The notes under the pieces were generated by a model, which was not told the origin of the DNA, did not search any database, and saw nothing but the letters and a program-made list of their open reading frames with translations. From Candidatus Altimarinota bacterium (lineage in GTDB: Bacteria > Patescibacteriota > Gracilibacteria > BD1-5 > UBA2023), in NCBI GenBank assembly GCA_041909865.1, contig JAYRRZ010000040.1, positions 10,984-74,983 on the forward strand: a stretch of 64,000 nucleotides of DNA, given 5' to 3'. The position numbers and the translations under genes were made by a program. Below are positions 18,659-28,239 of this stretch, in pieces (within the stretch, counting starts at the first letter, position 1; every line of letters begins with the position of its first letter).

Positions 18659-20440
18659 ATGACTTACCCAACCAACTGGAATCTTGCCCGATACTTCTAC
18701 TCTGGTCTTGATGATGCTAAGCTTGCTTCAGATATTGCGCAGATTCTTCCTCGTACTATTGCTTTCGCCGAGAAATATGAGAAAACCTTTGCGAGTTTTA
18801 TTGATTCGGAGCAAATTCTCGAGTTCTATACTGACTATACGACCCTCTCACATGAGATGGCAACACCGAGTTATTATCTGTTCTATCGTTCATCACTCGA
18901 TACTCAGGATCTTGATGTGACCAAGAAGATGGGGGAAGTAGATTATATCCACACTGAAGCGTCGAATAGACTCCTTTTTGTCGCGCAAGGATGGAAATTT
19001 ATCGGATATGACCGAATCATGACATGGGCCAATGACCCAAAACTTGCCAAATACAAGAATGATCTCATCTCTACCGCGAATAGTATCAAGTATATTCTCA
19101 GTGAACGAGAGGAGTATGTATTGAATATGAAGTCTCGCCCTCTTGGACTCGCGAACTCTCTCCATGATGAGCTCACTGGCTCATATGAGTTCATGATGAA
19201 TTTAGATGGTGAGGAGAAAAAACTCACAGAAGAGGAAGTCCGTTCTTATCGACAACATACTGATAGGAGTATCCGTATGGAATCGTACAAGTCTCTCCGT
19301 CGAGTCTACAATAGCAAACAAAACCAGATAGCTCTCGGAAATATCTATGCCTCTATTGTGAAAGATTGGACGAGTGAAATCCGCATGAGAGGCTATAATA
19401 ACAACGTCATAGCTCAGCGTAATATCTCTGAAGAGATGGATGATGAGGTGGTGAATCTCCTCCTCAGTGAGATCGAGAAAGCATATCCTATCTACGTAAG
19501 ATTTCTCAAGGCAAAGGCAAAGATGCTCACTCTTGAGTCTGATTTTGCAGTATTTGATACTTCTGCGCCGCTTGGGAAGTCAGACAAGGACTTCACCTTC
19601 GAGGAGGCGTACGCACTCCATCTCTCTATCATGCAGGATTTTGATACTGACTTCTACGAGTACTCCAAGCGCATGATAGAGGAGGAACGTATCGATGTAT
19701 TTCCTCGCGCAGGGAAGCGTGGCGGTGCATTCGCGAGCTATCGCAAAGGCGAGGAATCATTTGTCCTCCTCAACTTCACGGGCAAGCTCCGCGATGTATC
19801 GACGATTTCTCACGAACTCGGGCACGCTATCCATGGTCATCTCTCTCAAGTGCAAGAAGCTCCTGTTTACGATTCGCCGCTTTCTATGGCGGAGACTGCC
19901 TCTATCTTCTCTGAGATGCTCCTCGGTGAGAAGGTGAAGTCTATTGTATCGGCCGAGGAGTACAAGGACTACCTCAATGAACGTCTCGGCGATATCTTCG
20001 CGACCATATTCCGTCAGGTGCAATATGTCGTGTTCGAGAAGCAGGTACATGAGGCAATTCACGCTGGGCAAGAGCTCTCCTACAAGGACCTCAACAAGCT
20101 CTGGCGAACCGAGCAAGACAAGCTCTACGGAGGGGTGGTACAGTATGATGTACCAGCGGAGGACGAGTCTGGCTGGTCGATGATACCGCATATCTTCCAT
20201 ACGCCGTTTTACTGCTATGCGTACGCGTTCGGGAATCTCCTCACGTTTGCGCTCTACAATCAGGTAAAGAGTGGAACTCTCTCCGTCGAAGACTACAAAG
20301 ATATCCTCCGCGCTGGTGGCTCCGAGCGTCCACGAGATCTCCTCCAAAAGTACGGCATCGACATTGCTGCACCAGAGTTCTACCAGTCAGGATTGCGTGA
20401 GGTGGAGAAGATGGTGGAGGAGTTTGAGAGCTTAATTTAA
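18659..20440 (+). CDS. pepF: Oligoendopeptidase F (M3B metallopeptidase)
   Basis: About 593 aa from Met 18659. HELGHAIH zinc site. No TGA codon in the whole gene. The second half is visibly GC-richer than its surroundings. Confidence 0.85.
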   Translation: MTYPTNWNLARYFYSGLDDAKLASDIAQILPRTIAFAEKYEKTFASFIDSEQILEFYTDYTTLSHEMATPSYYLFYRSSLDTQDLDVTKKMGEVDYIHTEASNRLLFVAQGWKFIGYDRIMTWANDPKLAKYKNDLISTANSIKYILSEREEYVLNMKSRPLGLANSLHDELTGSYEFMMNLDGEEKKLTEEEVRSYRQHTDRSIRMESYKSLRRVYNSKQNQIALGNIYASIVKDWTSEIRMRGYNNNVIAQRNISEEMDDEVVNLLLSEIEKAYPIYVRFLKAKAKMLTLESDFAVFDTSAPLGKSDKDFTFEEAYALHLSIMQDFDTDFYEYSKRMIEEERIDVFPRAGKRGGAFASYRKGEESFVLLNFTGKLRDVSTISHELGHAIHGHLSQVQEAPVYDSPLSMAETASIFSEMLLGEKVKSIVSAEEYKDYLNERLGDIFATIFRQVQYVVFEKQVHEAIHAGQELSYKDLNKLWRTEQDKLYGGVVQYDVPAEDESGWSMIPHIFHTPFYCYAYAFGNLLTFALYNQVKSGTLSVEDYKDILRAGGSERPRDLLQKYGIDIAAPEFYQSGLREVEKMVEEFESLI

Positions 20441-20446
20441 GATTTT

Positions 20447-20956
20447 ATGAACATTGATAAAACTTCATTCTGGAAATGGGCATATTCAGATTTTCTTTCC
20501 AATACGAATCGATCAGTATTGGGCGAATTTATAGTTCATGAAGCATTGCAATTATGAGATGATAAAAGAATAGAATGGGATAATGTTGATTTGCGATATA
20601 ATGAATTAAAGATCGAAGTAAAAACATCCGCATATATCCAGTCTTGGAGCCAGAATAAATTATCAAGAATAGTATTTGATATCGCACCTCGCAAAAAGGC
20701 ATGGGATTCTGTTTTGAATACTACGGGTAATTCAAAATGAAGAGAGGCTGACGTGTACGTATTTTGTCTTTTGAATCTTCGAGACAAGGAATCAGCAATA
20801 GAAAGTGAAATTCTGGATATGAAGAATTGGAGTTTCTATATAGTGAAAACGGATACATTGAATTCGATATTTCCTGAACAAAAGTCTATCTCTCTCATAA
20901 AATTGGAAACTATTTCCAAATCAGTTTCCTTTTCTGAAGTAAAAAATTTTTTCTAA
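20447..20956 (+). CDS. Hypothetical PD-(D/E)XK nuclease-fold protein
   Basis: ...WDNVDLRYNELKIEVKTSAY... fits a D...E-x-K catalytic motif. Two in-frame TGAs. Starts 7 nt after the pepF stop. Confidence 0.4.
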
Positions 20957-21585
20957 TGCCCATACCGCTCCAATCCCCATACCCGAATATATTGCCATTT
21001 CTCGGAGGTATCTCATCCAAGTACTGGAAGAGTGGTATTGTACCCTGAGGGAGCATCCTCACCATAGGGGCTCCACCTATTGATACTGAGTACCTCTATC
21101 TCATGGCATACAGTCCGAATCCATGAACCGTATCCTATACTCCTGATGGTATATATCCACAATTCTCAGAATCAGCACTTGGTAATGAGTATCGTGGGCA
21201 GTGTGTCGCCCTCGCGAAGGCAATAGTTGACAAGCGTGAGACGCCGACGAGCCAGTGGAAACCATTCCAGTCACTCACTGATTTTATAGCCACGCCAGAG
21301 AGTCACTTGCCGTCGCTCTATCATGGCATGATTATTGCGTGTTTTGACAGCAAGGAGAACTATGCTCTTGCTGCGGCGAATCGCAAGCATGTCGCGATAC
21401 TCCTGGATATCACACGAGATACGAGTGGTAAACCCAAGTCGATAACCGTTATTGACCAGAACTACTACAATTATGCTCCATACGCACAGTACGCTGGCAA
21501 GATTGCACGACATGTGATTCCTTGGGGAACGGCAACACAAAAATGAGTTGCCTTTGCACGGAATTATCATCTGGTCAGTTTCTAA
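20956..21585 (+). CDS. CHAP-domain (cysteine/histidine amidohydrolase-peptidase) protein
   Basis: YRGQCVALAKAIV (catalytic Cys context) and KHVAILLDI (His). TAATG overlap with the preceding gene. Three in-frame TGAs. Confidence 0.55.
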
Positions 21586-21591
21586 TATTCC

Positions 21592-22458
21592 ATGAAAACA
21601 CTTTTACGACAGCACATTCCTGAAGATTTCGTCTACTATCGTACGGGTTCAAGGGTATTCTATGACCACTATGCTAACAATACTCGACTTGTTGTCGGGA
21701 AGGCTGGAAGATGACATGAGTTTTTTACTGCCTATCAGATATTTCCAGGATTTTGGAGTATCAATCATGAGAAACATGATACAGAACTCTCAGATGAGCT
21801 CTTGGCTTCGTATGGCATCAGGCATGGGATTATCTTCTGGGCGCCACTTCGCCTCATAGAAAAGCCAGCCTGATATCATAGATTGCCTACTTGGTATACG
21901 AAACGAAGCCTACATTCGTCTCGTTCCGCATTTTCCATACTTGATACCGAAGAATATTGGAATAAGTGGTCGTCAAAGGCTCGAGCTCATCGTCGTCATG
22001 TACTGGAGAATATCGAGAAATGAGTGATCACTATCGAGCGTCAAGTTCCTATTGAGGATTTTCTCGAATATTATCAGAAGACAAAACTCCACGATCCAAA
22101 TCAGAAATTCGTCTCGTATATTACAAAAAAACTCTTTGCTCATCCTGAAGATGGGTATCGTGCGTATTTTATCCGTGTTAATGGAGAGGTTCTCGCAGGA
22201 GCAGTATTTATCGATGAGGGAACAACGAGCGAGTATTGGGCCTCATTTTATCATGATGAGGGGCATCCATACCGTCTCGGAATTGCGATGATGGATGCAT
22301 GGTTCCTTGACTCATACAGAAAATGAATAAAATACTGTGACCTTGACCATATGCGAGATACTGGACAATCATCAAGCTATGCTGGATATACGAAATTCAA
22401 GGAGTCTATCGCTGAGTATGATGTGTTTTTCCATGATATGTGGGTAAAAATCTTTTAG
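21592..22458 (+). CDS. FemAB / GNAT-like (acetyltransf_6-like) protein
   Basis: 288 codons ending in TAG. C-terminal AGAVFIDEGTTSEYWASFYHDEG...YRLGIAMMDAWFLDSYRKGIKYCDL...YTKFKESI resembles the FemAB/BioF2-like fold. Confidence 0.4.
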
Positions 22459-22589
22459 GATTGTTTATGTTTCTGAATTTATCATTTCGTAGGTCTTTGA
22501 ATGAAGTGAGTGATACTCTTGTGGCGAATCCCTTACGAGCTCAACTTCTGAGAAGTTACCACTTTTCATTCTCATAATTGCAAGAAAAA

Positions 22590-22615
22590 GAGATTTCTCG
22601 CAAGCTCGAAATGAC
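22590..22615 (-). repeat. S-type hairpin repeat (reverse orientation)
   Basis: The reverse complement reads gtcATTTCgagcttgcgaGAAATctc. Confidence 0.5.
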
Positions 22616-22674
22616 AAAAAATCTAAGATGGTCTAAAATTCTCTTAATGTATCAAAATTTCTAATATTTCCCTT

Positions 22675-24045
22675 ATGAACTACTCACTTCTCTCTCGCTC
22701 CTACGATCTCCGTGGTATCTACGGCGTTGATATTGATGAAGATTTTTTCTTCCGTCTTGGATACGCTTTCGTGAAAGTAACCGAGAAAAAACGCATCGCA
22801 CTCGGGTATGATGCGCGTTTGTCTTCTAAAGCTTTAAAGGATGCTTTTATCCGTGGAGCTTCTCTCGCGGGTGCGATGATTATCGATATCGGACTCTGTT
22901 CTTCGGATATGCTCTCATTTGCTACGTGTCACTATGATGATGTTGAGGCAGGAGGCATGATAACCGCGAGCCATAACCCAAAAGAGTACAATGGATTCAA
23001 GTCGCTCGCACACTCAGCAGAGCCATACAATCTCAAGAAATATGGTCCAGTCATGGTCGAGATTATGCAGTCGCTTGAGATTCCAGCTGGAGAAATAGTT
23101 CAGAATATCGAATATCGTGATGTGAGTGATGACTGGGTGAATCATATTGCTCAGTTTGTTGGTGATGATGTTGATTTTTCATGATTTACAATTGTGGCTG
23201 ATGGTGGGAACGGGAGCGCAGGAACTTTTATGCAAAAGCTCTCAGAGAAATTTGGTTTTACGATGATTCCACTTTTCCTTGAACCAGATGGGAATTTCCC
23301 GAATCATCATCCGAATCCGATGCTTGAGAAAAACCGCCAAGATGCGAAAAATGCTCTCCTGGAACATCAAGCTGATGTTGCCTTCATCTTTGATGGTGAT
23401 GCAGATCGCATCATGCTCCTCGATGATGTTGGGGGTGTGGTTACTTCTGGTATTATGTCGTCTGTGATTGTCGCAGAGCTCTCAGAAAAATATCCAAATG
23501 CTGGATATATTGGAAATGCTACGATTTCTCATATTTTCCGTGATACGGTCGAGAAACTCGGAGGATTCTATGAACGGGAAATGGTTGGACACGTCTATAT
23601 CCGCGAACATATGATGAAAAACCCAGCCATCGTCTATGCCTGAGAACATTCGGCGCATAACTTTTTCCGTGATAACTACTATATGGATAGTGGGATTATG
23701 GCGGGAATGGTTTTCCTTGCTGCGGTGGCTCGTCAAGGGAAGAAGATTTCCGATGTTACTCGTGAATACAGGCAATATGTGACTCTTGAGGAAACCAATT
23801 TTGAGGTTCCAGATCCAAAGTGAGCCATAGAGCAGTTGGCCGACCTCTACAAACATGAAGACCATGATCTTTTTGATGGGATTACCGTTCGTTATCCTGA
23901 CGGAAGCTGGTGGAATTTTCGTCCATCGTCCAATGAACCACTCCTGCGTCTCAATATGGAAGCGAGAACAGAGGAGAGATTTGATGTACTCTATGGAGAA
24001 ATCATGGAGCATATTCGTACTTTTTGAGAGGCGAGTGAGAATTAG
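22675..24045 (+). CDS. Phosphomannomutase/phosphoglucomutase
   Basis: GMITASHNP (active Ser), FDGDADR (Mg site), YA-G-EHSAH, SNEPLLRLNMEA. Pieces 22675..23184, 23194..23643 and 23836..24027 share one frame and are joined by TGA. Confidence 0.9.
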
Positions 24046-24122
24046 TTTTTTTTGATTTTGTTTTTTTGATTTATATTTCACTTATCTCTTAAATTGTGAT
24101 ACAATAGTAGTATATTGTATTT

Positions 24123-24944
24123 ATGCAGACCAAAGACGATCTCATCCGTGAAAATACCATACTGCGTGCTCGACTTGAACTCGCAGAGCGATGGATGCAG
24201 CGTGAAGTACAGAGAGCAATGCAAGAGATCCAGACACAATCAGTGAAGTCGCAAGCAAGAAAACATTTCGCGAATCTCCTTGAAGAAGAGGGGACGGATA
24301 TTATTGCCAGTCGTATTTATGAGACTTTTGGTGATAGTTTACAGAGTGCACCAGAATTCACCCTTGAGCGCCTCATTGATGCCGAGATATACTGGCAGAC
24401 TCTCCAGAAATATCCAACTATGGATGGTCTTCCAGTTATTCTGGCGTACCAGAAGATTCTGGATGCCTGGGTAGAAGAGAAGTTGATTCGAGATTTTCGT
24501 TTCCATCATCGCGACCAGAGTGAGATGAAACGTGGCGATTCAGACATAATGAATATGAGGACTGGATTACCTCATTCTTCGCAATGACAGAGACAAGATG
24601 GGCTCGAAAGGGATATTCAGAATATTATCACCAAAAAATATACTCTCTCGATTGGTCGACTGTATCAGATACTTGAGCAATTTCGTGAAGACTCCATTCT
24701 CCCTCTTGATACAGGTGGTAGGGGGAATGTAGTTTCTGGGATTGTAGATTTCTGGAACAAAAAGAGTCCTGAAATCCTTACCATTCTCATTTCTGATGAT
24801 TTTTTTGTACCATTTTCTGAGCTCATGAATCGTGAAATCTTCACAAAAAAACGTCACGAGACAAAGGTGACGTTTAGTGATGTGAAGAAGACACGGGAGA
24901 TCTTGATAGAAAAAGGAATACTTCTTTTTTTATTTAAGTTTTAA
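24123..24944 (+). CDS. Hypothetical protein (273 aa)
   Basis: ORF 24123..24587 continues through one TGA to TAA at 24942-24944. Extended -10-like TGATACAAT at 24097-24105. No family recognised. Confidence 0.5.
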
Positions 24945-25397
24945 GATTCTACTTCATGGGTCATCTATTATTGCTTCATGATTTCCTGCTACTAGCATAG
25001 CATCTAACAGATTTTGCATTTTCCGACTTACTGCTCCTGTCCATAATATTTCTGATGGAACACGATAGTCTAGAGGAAAATATACTGTAACATCAGGAAT
25101 GTAGGGTGTACATCCAGATGGTATTTCAGATTCTTCTAATTTTACAGTATGCACTAACTCTTGATGTATGAATCAACAGGAGGGGTTATACTTCAAATCT
25201 GAAGTCGGAGGTGTTATTTTTCAGTCAGATAAGTGGGTATTCACCAAAGCAGGCATCCCTTGTATTTTCCCCGAAGTTATGCCCATGACTTGTTGAGTTT
25301 GATTCAAAGTGTTATTTATGACTTTTGGAATGGGTATTGGAGAAGGCGTGACAGCCATCCCCATACAAAAAGCAAGGGCCGTGCGAAGAATAGACAT
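24930..25397 (-). CDS. Hypothetical secreted or lipoprotein-like protein (155 aa)
   Basis: N-terminal MSILRTALAFCMGMAVTP signal-like segment. ORF 24954..25154 extended through TGAs in both directions. Its 3' end overlaps the convergent gene by 15 nt. Confidence 0.45.
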
Positions 25398-25505
25398 AGT
25401 CTGTATAAGTAAGGATTCTATATATTAAATTAAACTATGTTTATTTGTCAAATTATTTTTTGAAATAAGAGAAATTTTCTTAGATTTTTCTCTATAATCT
25501 AAATC

Positions 25506-25979
25506 ATGATTTTTCTCGGTATTGACCCATGAACCGCGACGACGGGTTTTGCTTTTCTCGAAAAAGAAGGGCAACATTTTCGTATTCTTGATTTCGGAGT
25601 GATTCGTACTCCTGCTGGACTCTCTCTTGCTGAGAGGCTTCTCCTTATCTCCAAGGATCTCCGTGAGCTCCTTGATGTCTACAAGCCAATACTTGCATGA
25701 ATGGAAAAACTTTTTTTCCTCCGAAATGTTACCAATGGTATCGATGTGGCTCAGTCTCGAGGTGTAATGCTCCATACGCTGGCTGAACGATGAATCCAGG
25801 TGATAGAATTCACTCCCCTTCAGGTAAAGCAGGGAATTACTGGAAATGGAAACGCAAAAAAACCACAAATTCAAAAAGCGCTCCAGATGATTCTCCGTCT
25901 CAAAGAAATACCAAAACCTGACGATGCTGCGGATGCTCTTGGTATCGCGTACCTTACTTCGTTGAAATTTAGAGCGTAG
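25506..25979 (+). CDS. ruvC: Holliday junction resolvase RuvC
   Basis: [16 protein letters not shown]..., ...[16 protein letters not shown]..., ...[12 protein letters not shown]. Three in-frame TGAs. It is masked in the ORF track by a 217-aa antisense ORF. Confidence 0.85.
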
Positions 25980-25984
25980 TTTTC

Positions 25985-26250
25985 CATTATTCTGAGCTTC
26001 GCCAAGAATCCAGGATTTCCTAAGGAAATGCGGAAAAACTTCGAATTTTATCGTCATAAAAATTTGTTTCTCACTCACTTACAGATTAGTGAGCTCCTTT
26101 CGAAAAAATTTTTCTTTCTCAAACTTCTCGTTTTTGCACATTTCCAGTATTTTTCCGTATTTCCCTAAATCACACAAACTCCTTTGCTCAAGAGGTTTAT
26201 GATTGTATATAAGAATCCGGAACGCATAACATAAAATTTGCATACTGAAG
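25985..26250 (+). repeat. S-type repeat plus degenerate E-element copy
   Basis: cattattctgagcttcgccaagaatcc (25985-26011). The segment around 26150-26230, ...atttccctaaatcacacaaactcctttgctcaagaggtttatgatt..., aligns to hairpin H2 of the E-element. Confidence 0.45.
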
Positions 26251-26338
26251 AAAACAATCAAGAAAAGAATAAACTCCAGTTTTTTCCTTGCTTTCCGCTC
26301 GGGGTTCAATACAATCGTCATAATTCACTTTTTGCTTC

Positions 26339-27115
26339 ATGTCGTTTATTGTGGCATTAGCTCAGACATTCCAAGTAACAGAATTTGATATCCTGCTTTT
26401 TCTCGGGATTTTTCTCGTATCGGCAGTTTTTTATAACTATCTCACTCTCCATCAAATATTTGAGGCAGCGTTTGGTGCTATTGTTGGACTCGGAGTCTAT
26501 ATTCTCCTCTCAGTTCTTCTGGTATGAAATGTTACACTTGGGAGTGAGCCAGGGATTTTCCCTGTAGGATTCTCTGTTATGATTGTAAGTATTGCAATAT
26601 ATCTTGTGTATATACTGGCAGTATTGTTTCCGATGCATGGATGATTGGTTATTTCGGAACCAACACATCCAGTTTTGTATACGCTTCAGTATTTCGGTGT
26701 TTCCATGTTTCTATTGTATAGTATGTTCGCGACAGTATTGTATATGACAGAGCAGGTATATCTTTTCAAAGTTGCTACGGTATTTAGTTTCTTTCAAGGT
26801 TGGATATATTATACTGAAATTGTTCAGCAATCAGCCGTATATTCGTATATTATTTCACACCAGAATATTATTATCCCTCTTGGAGTATTGCTCATGCTCT
26901 ACAAACTCCTACTTTCGAATATTATCAATGCCGCCCTTCTCTCTATCTGGTTCAATCTCTCTCATGTTGGATTTTACCGAAAGAAAGATGATTCGCATTA
27001 TCGTGTAGAGTTTCATGAAGTTGCTGGGCATAGTGATGGGAATCATGATGATCATAATCATGGTAATGACGATCATGGGAATACTGCTCACGGAAATTGG
27101 GGTGCTCATCATTAG
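26339..27115 (+). CDS. Polytopic membrane protein with His/Asp/Asn/Gly-rich C-terminal tail
   Basis: ORFs 26339..26527 and 26645..27115 are in one frame and joined by two TGAs. Tail HEVAGHSDGNHDDHNHGNDDHGNTAHGNWGAHH. Confidence 0.6.
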
Positions 27116-27139
27116 TTCATTTTGGTCATCTCTTCAACT

Positions 27140-28180
27140 ATGGCATTTTTCCGAGTCAGATGGGGACAAATTCCTATATATTTAGCAAAAGGATGAATAC
27201 TTTTTTCATTACTTTTTCTGACTTCGTGCTTCTCAGAGTACACGGAGCATTATTTTTCTGAGCATTATGAGAGTGCTTCAGGTGAGATTTGAGCTCCTTC
27301 CTTTGTTTCGGCAGAAGTTTTTGTTTTGCCAGATACAACCATACAAAAAAGGATTATAGAGTCTATGAACCATGCTTGAGAGAGGATTTTTATTGAGATA
27401 TATACCTGGACGGATACATCAATCCTTGATGCTGTTATTCATGCGGCAAAAAGGTGAGTTGATGTGAAGGTCGTGCTCGAACGAAATGTTTACGGAACAC
27501 CTTTTATTAATAGGAAAATATATGAATCTCTCATGAACGCTGATATTCCAGTAGTGTATGCAGATAATATGCGATATGTGTTTACGCATGCAAAATTTTT
27601 CTTGATTGATGATACGTACTTCATTAGCACTGGGAATTGGACAAAATCATTTTTTACAAAAAATAGGGACACCATTATCACAGGGAAGGATCTGGTACTT
27701 ACTGCCTTTCTTGAGCGGATATTTTATGCTGATTTCTCTCATAAGTCCTTTCTTGATCTGAAAAAGATACCAAACGATGTTGTAGTATCACCACTGAATA
27801 GCCGTGATTTCTTTGATAATTTACTGCTTTCCACGAATACATCGATGTATTTCTATACGCAGACGTTTACTGATACTCAGTTACTTGAGAAGCTTGATAT
27901 TCAGGTAAAAAATGGAAAAGATATAAAGGTTTGTGTTGCTGATAACAAAGGAAATAGAGAAACACTCACAGGAAAGAGTTTCCCGGTAACATTCGTAAAA
28001 AAGCCGTATATTCATACAAAGATTATTTTTCAGGATGGAGATAATATATTTCTCTGAAGTCAGAACCTGAGTCAGAATTCTCTCGATAATAACAGGGAAA
28101 TAGGTGTATTTATACGAAAAAATGATTGAATCTATCAGAATTTATTCTCTTTCTTCCAAAAAGATTGTATATTTCGGTAA
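27140..28180 (+). CDS. Phospholipase D-family protein (two HKD motifs), lipoprotein-like N-terminus
   Basis: HKD 1: FTHAKFFLIDDTYFISTGNW. HKD 2: IHTKIIFQDGDNIFL-G-SQNLSQNSLDNNRE. N-terminal LLFLTSC lipobox-like segment. Confidence 0.75.
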
Positions 28181-28239
28181 TTTTTTGCCTTTTTCTTGAT
28201 TAAATGATATAGTTGGTGTATCAATTAAACTTTTCGAAG

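Noticed and set aside
25425-26078. Large ORFs in the track with no recognisable product: 25425..26078(-), 630..1382(-), 12567..13310(+), 19757..20347(-), 23482..24081(-), 35097..35906(+), 47632..48213(-), 17516..17848(-).
   Set aside because: Each lies antisense to, or out of frame with, a well-supported gene (ruvC, rplJ, alaS, pepF, PMM, the TrbL-like protein, thyA, the exonuclease). Their low-complexity, Ser/Leu/Phe/Arg-rich translations look like shadow ORFs.
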